DNA from: Eledone cirrhosa
Lineage: Eukaryota
DNA length: 64,000 bases
Direction of reading: 5' to 3'
Assembly (NCBI GenBank): GCA_964016885.1
Contig: OZ024741.1
Location: 187,550,001-187,614,000 of the forward strand
Positions 43,401 to 57,486 of this stretch are shown piece by piece. Every line of letters begins with the position of its first letter. Position 1 is the first letter of the stretch. Below the pieces are notes generated by a model. The model did no database searches. It was not told the origin of the DNA and saw only the letters and a program-made list of their open reading frames with translations. Made by a program: the position numbers and the translations under genes.

Positions 43401-43621
43401 TATTGGTACTGTTGTAATAATTCTCACCCTTCTCGTCCTCTTCATCATCATCATTATCCTCATCACTACTATCATAGACAACAACACCAGCAATATGAAC
43501 ACTCTACATAGCTGTTGCTATTCAACCAATCAAATACAAGATAATGCCACCAGATCCACCTCAAGATAATTATCTTCAGATATAGAGTAAAAGACCAAAG
43601 ATACGTGTATGTATACATGTG

Positions 43622-43678
<57 letters not shown>

Positions 43679-43697
43679 GTATATATTATAAATATAC

Positions 43698-43743
<46 letters not shown>

Positions 43744-43744
43744 G

Positions 43745-43840
<96 letters not shown>

Positions 43841-43855
43841 ATAAATATACATATG

Positions 43856-43907
<52 letters not shown>

Positions 43908-44000
43908 CATATTATAAATATACATATGTATATATATATATATATATATTATAAATATACATATATATATATATATATGTATGTATGTATATATATATAC

Positions 44001-44031
<31 letters not shown>

Positions 44032-44384
44032 CACACACATCGTTTAACAAGAAACTATTAGTAACCACAATGAAAAGTGCATAGATTGTATTACCTTATA
44101 TATATGTGTGTGTGTGTGTAAGTGTGTGAGTGAGGGTGTGCTTATGTATGTATGTATGTGTATATGTATATGATACTTGTATATGCATATGTGTGAAAGA
44201 AAGAGCTAGAAATATTTTTCAATTTTTCAAAGCGAGTGTGGGATGTGCAGATGATAAGTCTTGTTTCACTTCATACATTGTTAAATGAAAAAACAAAACA
44301 CTTCAAGGAATATAGAACCTTCTTTTTCTTCTATTTACCATTCTTTGTTTTAAATTAACTATTATATTATTTTTTATATATATT

Positions 44385-44487
<103 letters not shown>

Positions 44488-44879
44488 GTATATATAACAA
44501 CAAAAAAAAAACAAATTGAAAAAAGACAAATTTGTTAATATATGTGTGTGCGTGAGTGTGCGTGTGTGTGTGTGTGAATGTATGTGTGTGGTGGGTCACA
44601 TTGTAACAAACAAAAAACAAAAAGTTGTTATGTCTCCTATAGTGAAGAGTAGTTTTGTTGAAAGGAAGGCGTCTGGGATGAGGGAGTGATGGCACTTCAT
44701 CTCCAAAGTGTATAAAAAAGGGGATAGATTTAAAAAATAATCATGAATAAATACCCACAATTCAATGCAAGTTTCTGCTTCCTCATCATTAGTCACAGTC
44801 AGCACCCTTCATCTAATCCACCCACAGTCATATACCAAGAGAGAAAAAAAAAACGAAAACAAAAAAATAAATCATAATA

Positions 44880-45110
44880 TTAATTGTTTCTGACATAGGC
44901 ACAAGGCCAGAAACTTGTAGTGGAGGAATTAATTGATTAAATTAATCCCAATACTTGTATGGTACTTTATGTTATCACCCCCGCCAGATGGATGAAAGGC
45001 AAAGTTGACCTCAATGGGATTTGGAGTTAGAATGTAAAGAACTGGAACAATAACCACAAAGTATTTTGTCCAATGTTTCCTCTAATGATTCTGCCAGCCC
45101 CAGCACCCTT
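44880..45110 (-). mobile_element. SINE family A, older copy
   Basis: Core and tail motifs present. Confidence 0.7.
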
Positions 45111-45201
45111 ATCATAATAATAATTATCATAGGGATAATAATTATTTCTAACAATGGGTAAAAAGCCACAAAACATTTTTTTATAAAAAGGAGTCACAGT
45201 C

Positions 45202-45267
<66 letters not shown>

Positions 45268-46659
45268 GTGATGTATTGGTGTAATAGTTAGCACGGTGGT
45301 CATAGTAGCCAAAGATGTGGATTTGTGTCCCATGTACGTTAATGCTCATCCCTTGTCTCCATTCTGTGGGTTTTTATAACTCCAACTAATAGGCTAATTT
45401 ACTTAGTCAAAGATACAGCAGAAGTACTATTTCACTATCTAATTTTCAAATTCACTACTGTTTGTAAATAAAGCCTCAAGAATTCTTGCTTTCTTTTTTA
45501 TGTGTTCACTACCCATGAGAGCGTATAGTTGATAAAATTGACCACCGATAATCGTAGACATATAAATACATTATTCCATTGAGCTCAGAAAGATGAAAAG
45601 TATGTACTTATGTTTGAAATATTAAAGAATTGTTAAATCAGTGGACAAAACGCTATGTGATGCTTGGTTTGAACACATTACATTCTGCATTCAAATCACT
45701 CCAAAGTTAACTTTGACTTTCATCCTGCCAGGGTTGATAGAATAAAGTACCAGTCAAGCACTGGTGAGATAATTTAATCAACTGTTCAGTGACCCTCAAC
45801 ATTATGAGCTTGGCTCTATGATGGAAATGATTATTACTGATAATTTCTTTGGACTTAGCATGAGACCAATATTTCTCACTTCTTCTGGTCAGTTGTGGAA
45901 CATGGGATGTAATATAGTCAGTGTTCAGTTGAACCACAGTATATGACTGGTAAGCTTTAGTTTGTTTGTTTGTTAGTTTTTCTTCTGGGGAATTTTTAAT
46001 TGAATTTTATAAAAAAACCAAACTCTATTTGTGTTCATCACCCAGCAACTGGGATTTTGAACTTAGAATGTGGTGATAGTCATGGGGTAGAAGAAAATTT
46101 ATGAAGTTGAGTGGAGTTGAAATGGAATGTAGGTGGTGTGGCACCACACAAACTTGGTGTGATTTATTTCGGTGAAGTTAGAGCAAGGAACATGATTTCT
46201 TCATTTTTATAATTTTTCTTTTCATTTTCTTCCATGTGCTCTACGATTTCTGGTTTATACACAACACCACCACCACCATCATTCCGCAAAATAATAATAA
46301 TAACAATAATAACAATAATAATGATTATTATTATGTTAGGGTTAATAAAAAGAATAATGTAAACAGTAATTTGAGATCAAGGGAAAACATAGAGCTTACA
46401 CCCGTGTGTGTTTTTTGTGTATTTTTTTCATATATTTTTTTATATTTTCATATATTTTCTGTTGCTGTTGTTGTTATTGTTGTTGCAGAGAACACTCTAC
46501 CCACACCCCACCCTGTACATTAGTTTCAGGGAAGGGATAATGAGTGGAAAGAGTGGTAGGTATGTTTCAGCATAGGATGTAAGAAAGCAAGGTTCTTTTT
46601 TTTAGTACACAACCACTGCCTCTTTAACTGCAATGTGAATATTATTATTATTATTATCA

Positions 46660-46697
<38 letters not shown>

Positions 46698-46809
46698 ATT
46701 ACTACTACTTCTTAAGTTTTAGTTGTTTTTTTTCTTTCCTTTCTTCACTCAAATCTTGCTTTTTGCTTCTCCAGTTAAAGAATTGCTTGCAAAAAGAAAA
46801 AAAAAATGT

Positions 46810-47335
46810 TTGGTAATTGCTAAGTTGTTGCTTGTTTGTTTCTTTGTAGTTGCTCAGTTGTTGCTTGGTAGTTGTTTCCTGTTTGTTGCCTGATAGGTTT
46901 CCAGGTAGATGCTGCTATGTTGTTGCTTCATAGTTGCTACATTGTTGCTTCGTAGTTGTTTAGTTAATTGCTAGGTTGTTTTATTTTTCTTGTTCGTTTT
47001 TTTTTAATGTGTTTTTGTTTCTATATGGTTGCTAGTTAGTTGTTGCTGTTGAATAGGTTAATAGTTGCTTCATTGTTTCTAGGTGATTGCTGTGGAGTTG
47101 TTATAGTTGCTAATTTGTTTCTTAGTAGCTGCTGGTAGTTACTAGTTGAGTTACTAGGTTGTTTCTTGTCTTGTTTAGTATGTTTGTTTATTTTTGTTTT
47201 TATTTTCTTCTTTATAGTTGCTACATAGTTGCTCATAGGTTGTTTGATTGTTGCTTCATAGTTGCTAGGCTGTATATTCATTACATTGCCTCTTATTTGT
47301 AGCTAGTCAATTACCAGCTAGCTTGTTTTTGCTTG
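46810..47335. repeat. Degenerate short-period repeat (TAGTTGCT-like)
   Basis: Recurrent TAGTTG/GTTGCT words. Confidence 0.6.
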
Positions 47336-48679
47336 GTACAGTACAGTACAGTTGTTGATGTCAAATTCTTTAAGTATATTCCTCTGTTGACATATATTTA
47401 TTATCATTATTATTTTCATCATATTATTATTGTTGTTGTCTGCTTTGTATGTTAATGCATTTTTGTTTTTACTGATTTTGTTTTAAAAAAAAAAAAGAGA
47501 TTTGTTTTTCAATTTTTTTAATCATTTTTTTTAATATACCTTTTTAGTAAACTTGCCTGCCTGTAATTTTATAATTTCAATGACAAACTCATTTCCGAGG
47601 GGTCAGCCATATTTTTCTGTTTATTCAATGTAAATTCCATTGTTTATATTTTTTGTTTTGTTGTTTTTCCTTTAATTTAATTCATATCAGTTCAAATTCC
47701 ATTTTTTTTTTTTTTTCACTTTTCCATGAAAACCTCATACTTTGTTCTCTGAACAAAACAATTCACAAAAGAGAAACCCATCACACACCTCCCCAAAACT
47801 ATATGTGATGATGAATGACAGCTTTCCATTCCACCCACCACCCTACTTGAAGTGAAGTGAAGTGACACTGATTTGCTCACTCAAAAGTTGCACTCAACGC
47901 CAATTGATTATGTTGAGTAAATGAGTGAGTCAGTTACTGAGTGAGTGAGTCAATTTAATGAATGTGTGAGAGCATGTGTCTGTGTGTTGGAGTGAGTCTG
48001 TGTGTACAGCCACATTTGTATACGTGTATGTATGTATGTATGTATATATATGTATGTGTGTGTGTATGTATGCATATATGTGTGTGTGTGTGAAGTATAT
48101 TTTTGTAGGTGAGTGGCTGGGTGGCTGAATGAGTAGGTGTTCAAATTTCTCTTCACTTCATATCACATTCTCTGAGTCCATGTCACAATCTCACTCTTAC
48201 TCAAACTCACATACACAGACACACAGTTATGCTCTCTCACACTCATATGTCAGGACTGATTTCCAATCAGTCAGTGAATTGCTGTTCTTGTTATTTATGT
48301 CATTGTTATTGTTGTTATTATTGTTGTTGCCTCACTTCATCAAGGGAAGGAGGGGCAGAAGAGAACATAATATTTAGTTCATAGTAAAAAAAACAACCCC
48401 TAAAACAACAATGTGTGTGTGGGGGGGGTGTTGAGTGTAATTTACATTTGTCCCATCCAATACATGTTTTTACTGTAATGACTGATAAAACACATACACA
48501 AACATAGGTGCATGCAGTCACATGCACACCTCTTCAACTGACTAGCAACACACACACACACACGCACACATACACACACCCAGACACATAAATACAGACT
48601 GATGTATGCATGAGCATACACAAGCACATACACAAAACAATTTTATATTTAGAAAACATACATATACACCATCCATATA

Positions 48680-48715
<36 letters not shown>

Positions 48716-48956
48716 TGTATGTATGTATGTATGTATGTATGTATGTATGGGCTGAGGTGTATGCTTCATTTCTCTGTGTACTTTCTGTCTGTGACATGTA
48801 CCCACTGGATGACCACAATCAGTCACTGCAAGCAGTAAGAGAGTAAAAGAGGTTCATATATATATATATATATATATATATGTGTATATATACATTATAC
48901 TAGGTATAAATCGAAGGTTTAGCTGTCGCACAGCAAGTACTATTCGATTTGTAAGC

Positions 48957-49082
<126 letters not shown>

Positions 49083-49090
49083 ATGTATAA

Positions 49091-49145
<55 letters not shown>

Positions 49146-49200
49146 TACATTATATATATATATACGTGTGTGTATGTGCATATGTTTGTTTGCATGTATA

Positions 49201-49256
<56 letters not shown>

Positions 49257-49362
49257 ATGTCAGTGACACGGTACAGTGACCTTCCAAAACATTTTTTGGT
49301 TATCACTCCGTATTCCATTCTAATTCCATCTCATTCGAAAACTTTACATTCTTCCTCCCTCC

Positions 49363-49404
<42 letters not shown>

Positions 49405-49547
49405 CACTTTCCACCTTCCTTTCTTTCTTTCTTTCCTTTCCTTCTATCTTTCCATTTTTCCTTTCTTGTTTTGATTTGTTTTCCATTTTCCTTCTTGTTA
49501 TCTCAAAGAGGGAACGTCTTGCAGTATCAAAGTCAGTCTAGCATTCT

Positions 49548-49697
49548 TTAAGGTGGTGTCGAGGGAGGCGGTTCATCTCTTGGATTATCATCCTCACTTG
49601 AGCTCTGCTGGTGGAACAAGATCCTCAAAAGATCTTGGATTCGGTTTGCACCAGGAAACGAGAAAGCCAATCCACTCTGTTGTTGACCATGGCGTTG
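49548..49697 (-). CDS. Probable terminal coding exon QRHGQQQSGLAFSFPGANRIQDLLRILFHQQSSSEDDNPRDEPPPSTPP*; product unknown
   Basis: Strong acceptor TTTTTTTTCTAATTTTTCAG|, 49 codons plus TAA, protein-like composition in a unique island. Confidence 0.65.
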   Translation of the reverse strand, partial: QRHGQQQSGLAFSFPGANRIQDLLRILFHQQSSSEDDNPRDEPPPSTPP

Positions 49698-49804
49698 CTG
49701 AAAAATTAGAAAAAAAAGATAAAGTTGTGGGTTATTTAAAGAATTAGACAGATATATGTATAGCATCATCATCACTAATTAAAATTTTTCCTGCTGGCAA
49801 GGGT

Positions 49805-49941
<137 letters not shown>

Positions 49942-49960
49942 TGGTTAGCATCTTTACAGG

Positions 49961-50005
<45 letters not shown>

Positions 50006-50214
50006 TTGGTGGTCACCGATCTGTCCAGCTCATTTGTCTACCAGTATATCATGAAACAATTATACATCTTCTATGTATTTTATCTGAGGAGGACATGTTT
50101 TGCTTTATGTTATACATAAAACTTCACATCTTTGAAATATATATAATTAAATAAATAGAGATGATATAAAGTATATATCTTCTGCTTATTACTACTATTA
50201 TTATTATTATTATA

Positions 50215-50300
50215 TTGTAAACCCCCACTGTCCGTGTCTTTGTATTGTCCCCTATATGTCGGCACTTGTGGCGAATAAAGGAAATCATTATTATTATTAT
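50215..50300 (+). mobile_element. 3' end of the same retroelement as 40425-40525
   Basis: CCCCACTG.CCGTGTCTTTGTATTGTCCCCTA...GAAATCATTATT shared by both copies. Confidence 0.55.
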
Positions 50301-50364
50301 TATATATATAATTAGGAAACAAAGAATCAGTGTTGCATCACATGCATATTTCATCACATATTAC

Positions 50365-50419
50365 ATATGTTTCACTGCCGATCAGCTTGAGGAATGATCG
50401 ATTATGTTCGTTCCTGACT
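50365..50419 (-). CDS. Candidate penultimate exon (x)VRNEHNRSFLKLIGSETY
   Basis: Acceptor TTTTGATTGCAG|, a single open frame, and weak donor AT|GTAATA in phase 0, matching the terminal exon. Confidence 0.4.
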
Positions 50420-50468
50420 CTGCAATCAAAAGCTCTAGTGGTCTTGATAGTGGCTGCAGCAGTAGCAA

Positions 50469-50543
<75 letters not shown>

Positions 50544-50841
50544 CAGTTCCGTCCTGATCCATCAGGTATATGGCACTTAATTAGTCAGCTGAACAACTAA
50601 CTGTGATCTACAACCTATAAATCTATAACTCCATAAAATTGAAGACTATACAGTAGACATTCTGACATTCAGTGGTTAATTTATGTGGTGCAGTGTAACA
50701 GTCTGGACATGTTGAAATCTTTTATCTATTCCTGTAGATTTTGGTGTTGGGTCCACTTTGATAAAACATAGATGATCAATGATGTTACTAAGCAAGAACA
50801 TCATGCCTTTTCTTTTTTGACATATTGTGTATCTAAATTCA

Positions 50842-51049
50842 CCCTTCAGCATTTACATTATTCTATGTATACTACTGTATTTTCATGGTAAAGCCCTTAT
50901 CTAACAAAATATTAAATCTATGAGATTTTGAAATAATTTATATTGCAAACAATACCTTAACGTCAGTATGAGCGGCCAGTTAATGGTGGTTTGAACAGAA
51001 AGAGGTGAGATAATTATGGCTGGATATGGCCAGTTTAAATGCTAAAGGG
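50842..51049. mobile_element. piggyBac-like MITE, reverse orientation
   Basis: TIRs as at 8464; TTCA and TTAA flanks. Confidence 0.75.
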
Positions 51050-51561
51050 TTAAGATGTTCACAACAGCTTCTCTAAATGGGAATTTAAATTGTTAGAAAT
51101 AGCAGCAAAAACCACTTCATATCACACCATACTGTTTTTAAAAAATGATGGAAACATATTGGATAATATATTCCTGAATATATTAAGTAATATGTCTTTT
51201 GATAGTGGTGGAGGATGTATGTTTTTATTGATTTATTTCTAAGTCATCCTTGACCAAGGTGATCTACGATCAAAGATACTTCAAACATAATATATTTAGG
51301 ATATGTTAGTAAATGCCTAACTAGTGACCTTAAATAGCTGGTGTTTTCAGGCAAAGAAAATGACCAGCTAACATGTATTTTACATATACAATCTGTAAGT
51401 GGAATGGTAAAAATATGGAAGACTTTTTAAAATTTCAGCATGTAACTCTTCACCATTGGTTGCAATCTTAACAATGGAACTTTGGTTCTTTGTTAGAAAT
51501 TAGTTCCATCTTTACAAGAAGAATTCAAATAATTAAATGAAAAGACAACTTACATACATAC

Positions 51562-51592
<31 letters not shown>

Positions 51593-51596
51593 TATA

Positions 51597-51945
51597 TCAT
51601 CATCATCATCATCATCACCGTTTTACGTCCGTTCTTCCACGCTAACATGGGTTAGACGGCGATGATGATGATGACTGATTCTGGCTTGATTTCTACAGCT
51701 GGATGCCCTTCCTAACACCAACCTCATTTACAGTGAGGACTGGGTGCTTTTTTGCCGTGGCACCTCCACGACCACTTTGCAGTGGAATGATAGGGAGCCC
51801 TATCATCTCATTTCTACAGCTGAGTAAACTGGAGCAATGTGAAATAAAGTGTCTTGCTCAAGGAAACAACACATCACCCGGTCTGAGAATTGAACTCACA
51901 ACCTTTCGATTGCAAGGCCAATGCTCTAACCACTAAGCCATGTGC
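51597..51945 (-). mobile_element. SINE family B with an alternative (family C-type) 3' tail
   Basis: Body matches B, but the tail is CCGTCTAACCCATGTTAGCGTGGAAGAACGGACGTAAAACGG(TGA)n. Confidence 0.85.
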
Positions 51946-52217
51946 TATATACATGAAAGAGAATGGTGGAGATAAAGAGAAATATTTCACAAGTCATCAA
52001 TGTAAACAACATTATTACATTAGATTCTAACACAATTATGGGAGTGTTATTTTTTTATATATATAAACAAAAATTTAAAAGTATTTCAGAAAATCGAGGC
52101 CAACTTCATTTATAGTTATTTTATCAATTATCAAAAACATATATATATCATATACACAAACGTGCACACACCTATACATCTATATATATTTACACACACT
52201 CACACACACATATATAG

Positions 52218-52410
52218 ACAGTCGATCAACAAGATCCCAGACCTCGTCAAATCAGACCGAGGAAACAATGTTTCAATTGGTCTTTCCAATTGCTCATACT
52301 ATCTACCAGTCGCAAATCCAGGAAGACGTAGCAACGTGAAATAAAGTGTCTTGCTCAAGGACATAACACATCACCCGGTCTGGGAATAGAACTCACAACC
52401 TCATGATTGC

Positions 52411-52412
<2 letters not shown>
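52218..52412 (-). mobile_element. SINE family D, 5'-truncated
   Basis: Homologous to 37300-37485. Confidence 0.7.
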
Positions 52413-52449
<37 letters not shown>

Positions 52450-52544
52450 TGAATTTTTTTATTTAGAATTCATGAAACAACAAAAGTGAGGAAACAGAGA
52501 AAAAGAACCAGGATTGTTAAGCAATGAAAGAAAGGGAGATGGTG

Positions 52545-52865
52545 ACAGACCCTACACCTAAGTCAGAGTGGTGTTTCAGCTGAGCCCTGCAGAGAAAATG
52601 ACAAAGGCATTGCCACAGATAATGGCCAATGACGCACACTGCAACAGACACCCCCACCTTGCAGGGTTCCTTCCTCAGATGAGCTGCTGTCATACTGATT
52701 TTATGGAGGAGCGCAACTGTACAGGATCTGAGGATGCCTGAGACTTCAACGGTTTCTGATGTAAAGAGGAAGTGGTCAGACAAGCCAAGGGATTTGCTTA
52801 TCTTGCTGTCTTCTGCATTGTGGACCACAGTACTTACTGGGGATTGTGACTGAAGCAACTAGGCT
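52545..52865 (-). mobile_element. Decayed CRE-like non-LTR retrotransposon fragment
   Basis: AEDSKISK..LSDHFLF..VEVSGIL..LRKEP..VSLAIICGNA resembles the AE..K..KY / ETxG / SLAIxRGNA pattern of CRE-clade restriction-like endonucleases. Confidence 0.55.
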
Positions 52866-52871
52866 GGAGGC

Positions 52872-52919
<48 letters not shown>

Positions 52920-53096
52920 TGGACATGGTCGTGTAGTTAAGACTTTTCCTTCAGTCATGTGATTTCAAGTTTAATCCCCTTTTTTTATGACACCTTGAGC
53001 AAGTGACTCCTACTATTGATCTAATCCATCTCTTGTGAAGGAATTTGCTAGACAGAAACTGAAGTGCATAAGAGGCCCAGTGTGTATACATACATG

Positions 53097-53141
<45 letters not shown>

Positions 53142-53362
53142 CAAAGAGGGTGTGGTAAGAGATCAGGTGGACCCGAATCTTTTCATATTACCCACTCTAC
53201 TACCCCAAGTATCGAGTACTTTGGTGCATTATGAGGGCTTAGTTCAGATCTAGCTGTTGAAACGGCCGGAGCTTAGCCATCAGGGACCTCAGTACCTTAA
53301 AAAGATTGTCTACGCCATACCAGCATAGAAAACATTGGATGTAAAAACGGTGATGATAATGA

Positions 53363-53403
<41 letters not shown>

Positions 53404-53407
<4 letters not shown>

Positions 53408-53742
53408 TTCATTCATTTCATTTTACGTCCACTTTTCCCTGCTTGCAAGGGTGGGACGGGAACTGATTCTGGCTTGATTTCTACAGCTGGATGCCCTTCC
53501 TAACACCAACCTCATTTACAGTGAGTGCTGGGTGCTTTTTTGCCATGGCACCTCCACGTCCACTTTACAGTGGAATGATAGGGACCCCAGTCCTATCATA
53601 TCATTTCTACAGCTGAGTAAACTGGAGCAATGTGAAATAAAGTGTCTTGCTCAAGGAAACAACACATCACCCGGTCTGAGAATTGAACTCACAACCTTTT
53701 GATTGCAAGGCCAATGCTCTAACCACTAAGCCATGTGCCTCC
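53404..53742 (-). mobile_element. SINE family B
   Basis: Full-length and near-identical to other B copies. Confidence 0.9.
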
Positions 53743-53788
53743 ATTTACATATATATGTATGTTTATATGTATGCATGTATGTATGTAT

Positions 53789-53844
<56 letters not shown>

Positions 53845-54299
53845 ATATGTATGCATGTATGTATACATATATATATATATACATATATATGTATTTATGT
53901 ATGCATGTATCTATATATATATATATATAATATATATATATATATATACATATGTATGTATATATGCATGTATGTTTGTATGTATGTGTACATGCGTATA
54001 TGTGTAGGTATTTGTGTTTACTTGTGTGAATTGGTGCATTGGGCTGTGTCCCTTTTTGTCAAAAAATGCCTTACAGATCAATAAAATAAATACCAGAGGG
54101 GCAGCGGTGACAAATATAATCAACTGAAAATACTTGAAGATAGTGCCCCAGCATGGTCACAATCCTCTGACAGACATCAGTAAACTAATAACTCAAATGT
54201 ACAACAACAACAACAACAACAACCACAATTACAATAGGAAGAACATTGAACTGGAAATCAAGAAAAGCAAACTTTTATGCTGACTCATTCAAAGAGAAC

Positions 54300-54333
<34 letters not shown>

Positions 54334-54610
54334 TGTGTGTATGTCTGTGTGTGTATGTCTGTGTGCCTGCCTGTCTTTCTGTCTCTGTGTCATTGTAGAC
54401 GTCTGGGTGTCTCTCTCTCTCTGTTTGTGTCAGTCTTTGTGTGCACATGTGTGTGTCTGTGTGTCTGTGTATTTCTATGTGTGTGTGTGTGTATGCATAT
54501 ATGTTGCAGTCTCTGCCTGTATGTTTATCACTTGAAGTATCTATATGTCTGTGTATGAATATCTATGTGTCTGGTCTGTGTGTCTAGCATGAAAAATTCC
54601 TGAGGTAAAC

Positions 54611-54655
54611 CAAATTCCTGCATAATGGCAAAATACCAATTACTGTTGTTTATGT
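54611..54655 (-). CDS. Candidate internal exon (H)INNSNWYFAIMQEF; 3' boundary uncertain
   Basis: Acceptor ATATTTCCAG|, phase-compatible with 55874-55997; only weak donors available (G|GTTTAC used). Confidence 0.25.
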
Positions 54656-54797
54656 CTGGAAATATTCCTTATATCTCTATCACAGCCAATCAACTACACC
54701 CTCTCTCTCTCTCTTTCTTTCTCTCACTCTATCTATCAATGAATCTATCTAACCCTTTCTCTCTTTCTCGGTGATCCTAAAGATCTCGCCCCCCCCC

Positions 54798-54861
<64 letters not shown>

Positions 54862-54904
54862 TTATATATATATATTATATATAAATAGATAGATAGATAG
54901 ATAC

Positions 54905-54941
<37 letters not shown>

Positions 54942-54979
54942 TTATATTTATATATATTATATATAAATAGATAGATAGA

Positions 54980-55060
<81 letters not shown>

Positions 55061-55081
55061 ATATATAAATAGATAGATAGA

Positions 55082-55166
<85 letters not shown>

Positions 55167-55454
55167 ATAGATTTATAGATAGATAGATAGATATATATAT
55201 GCCTATCTATCAATCTCTGCAATTTATTCTAAGGATTTCCTCCCTCTTTCATTTCCTATCCCTTTCGCTGTCATCCTCACCATCTCTCACTCTTTGTCTA
55301 TCAGTCTCTCTATCTGGCTATTTGACTTTTATCACCACCATGGGACACACAGACACACACTCACACACACACATAATGGCCAGCACATACACACCCAGAC
55401 ACTTACATTGATGACAGACATACAGTGAGAAAGAGAGTGAGAAGTACACACACA

Positions 55455-55695
55455 CACTAACATGCACTTATAAGTACAGACATAAACACACACACACACA
55501 CACAAACACGCACGCACACACAAACACACACACACACTAACATGCAGTTATAAGTACAGACATAAACACACACACACACACACACAAACACGCACACACA
55601 CACACACACTAACATGCACTTATAAGTACAGACATAAACACACACACACACACACACACAAACATGCACGCACACACAAACACACCTACACACAT
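55455..55695. repeat. Three tandem units of CTAACATGCACTTATAAGTACAGACATAAA(CA)n
   Basis: Direct inspection. Confidence 0.85.
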
Positions 55696-55873
55696 GCACA
55701 CATACGCCCTCCCATCGCATCCAGACATACACAGGCCAACCCCACTCCCATCACATATTTAGACACCCAAACACCAATAGTGAGGGGCATATACACATAT
55801 ACACAGAAACAGAGACACAGACACAGACAGCAACAAAGACAGACATACAGACACACAGAAGATGTCTGCTCAC

Positions 55874-55997
55874 GTAAATTCCCCCTCTTTAAATTAAAAG
55901 GTGGCATACCACCACCATGAGAAGGAAAGACAACAAAACAGTTAAGACACACAGACAGGGGAACGACATGTCTGGAGAATTTTTGTATAATTGTAGT
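55874..55997 (-). CDS. Candidate internal exon TTIIQKFSRHVVPLSVCLNCFVVFPSHGGGMPPFNLKRGNL
   Basis: Acceptor TTATTCATAG|, 41 codons plus 1 nt open, donor C|GTGAGC; unique island between microsatellites. Confidence 0.4.
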
Positions 55998-56059
55998 CTA
56001 TGAATAATTTTTTACAACTACACTAGTTTCTCTCTCTCTCTATATATATATATAAATAT

Positions 56060-57137
56060 CATCATCATCATCATCATCATCATCGTTTATCGTCCATGTT
56101 CCACGCTTGCATGGATTTGGACGGGGGTTTTCCCACTTGAGGCAAGAGTGGTTGTCTTGCTCGCATAGGACTGTCTGGCAGGTTTTCTACAGCTGGATGC
56201 CCTTCCTAACACCAACCACATTTACAGTGTGGGGGCTGGGAGGTTTTTACCGTGTTGCCTACATGGCCACATTACAGCGTGGACTGTGTGGCAGGTTTTC
56301 TACAGCTGGATGCCCTTCCTAACACCAACCACATTTACAGTGTGGGGCTGGGAGGTTTTTACCGTGTTGCCTACATGGCCACATTACAGCGTGGACTGTC
56401 TGGCGGGTTTTCTACAGCTGGATGCCCTTCCTAACACCAACCACATTTACAGTGTGGGGGCTGGGAGGTTTTTACCGTGTTGCCTACATGGCCACATTAC
56501 AGCGTGGACTGTCTGGCAGGTTTTCTACAGCTGGATGCCCTTCCTAACACCAACCACATTTACAGTGTGGGACTGGGAGGTTTTTACCGTGTTGCCTACA
56601 CGGCCACATTACAGCGTGGACTGTCTGGCAGGTTTTCTACAGCTGGATGCCCTTCCTAACACCAACCACATTTACAGTGTGGGGGCTGGGAGGTTTTTAC
56701 CGTGTTGCCTACACGGCCACATTACAGCGTGGACTGTCTGGCAGGTTTTCTACAGCTGGATGCCCTTCCTAACACCAACCACATTTACAGTGTGGGACTG
56801 GGAGGTTTTTACCGTGTTGCCTACACGGCCACATTACAGCGTGGACTGTCTGGCGGGTTTTCTACAGCTGGATGCCCTTCCTAACACCAACCACATTTAC
56901 AGTGTGGGGGCTGGGAGGTTTTTACCGTGTTGCCTACATGGCCACATTACAGCGTGGACTGTCTGGCGGGTTTTCTACAGCTGGATGCCCTTCCTAACAC
57001 CAACCACATTTACAGTGTGGGACTGGGAGGTTTTTACCGTGTTGCCTACACGGCCACATTACAGCGCGGACTGTGTGTTTTTTTGTCGTGACACCTACAC
57101 GATCTCATTTGTTTCGGCCTGGATGTTGTGGCACCAA
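56060..57137 (-). mobile_element. Family C element containing an 8-unit tandem array
   Basis: Sequence on both sides of the array matches 21905-22182. Confidence 0.75.
56168..57068. repeat. Tandem array of 8 units alternating 113/112 bp (225-bp dimer)
   Basis: Unit starts at 56168, 56281, 56393, 56506, 56618, 56731, 56843 and 56956, ending at 57068. Confidence 0.95.
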
Positions 57138-57159
57138 TATATATATATATATATATAAA

Positions 57160-57348
57160 ATAATTGTTTCTACTTTAGGCACAAGGCCAGCAATTACCCA
57201 GTGCATTACTGGTACTTTATTTTATCGACCCCATAAGGATGAAAGGCAATGTAAACCTCGGCGAGATTTGAACTCAGAATGGCAAGGGCCGTAACTCTAT
57301 GCGTCAAAGCATGGCGTCCAACTCTCTACCGATACTGCCAATCCACCA
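57160..57348 (-). mobile_element. SINE family A
   Basis: Full-length young copy. Confidence 0.9.
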
Positions 57349-57437
57349 TATATATATATACATATAAGTCTATACAGAAAAGGCTTCTACAGGACTAATA
57401 CTGTTTCATTCATATACGTGTGTGTGTGCAGTATATA

Positions 57438-57473
<36 letters not shown>

Positions 57474-57486
57474 TGTATGTATGTAT

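Noticed and set aside
54679-54700. TATCACAGCCA match to the miR-2 family 5' end
   Set aside because: The match stops after 11 nt and no precursor hairpin is apparent.
56229-57158. 309-aa repetitive ORF, or a CRISPR-like array
   Set aside because: Product of a 225-bp tandem dimer; no unique spacers, no cas genes, eukaryotic context.
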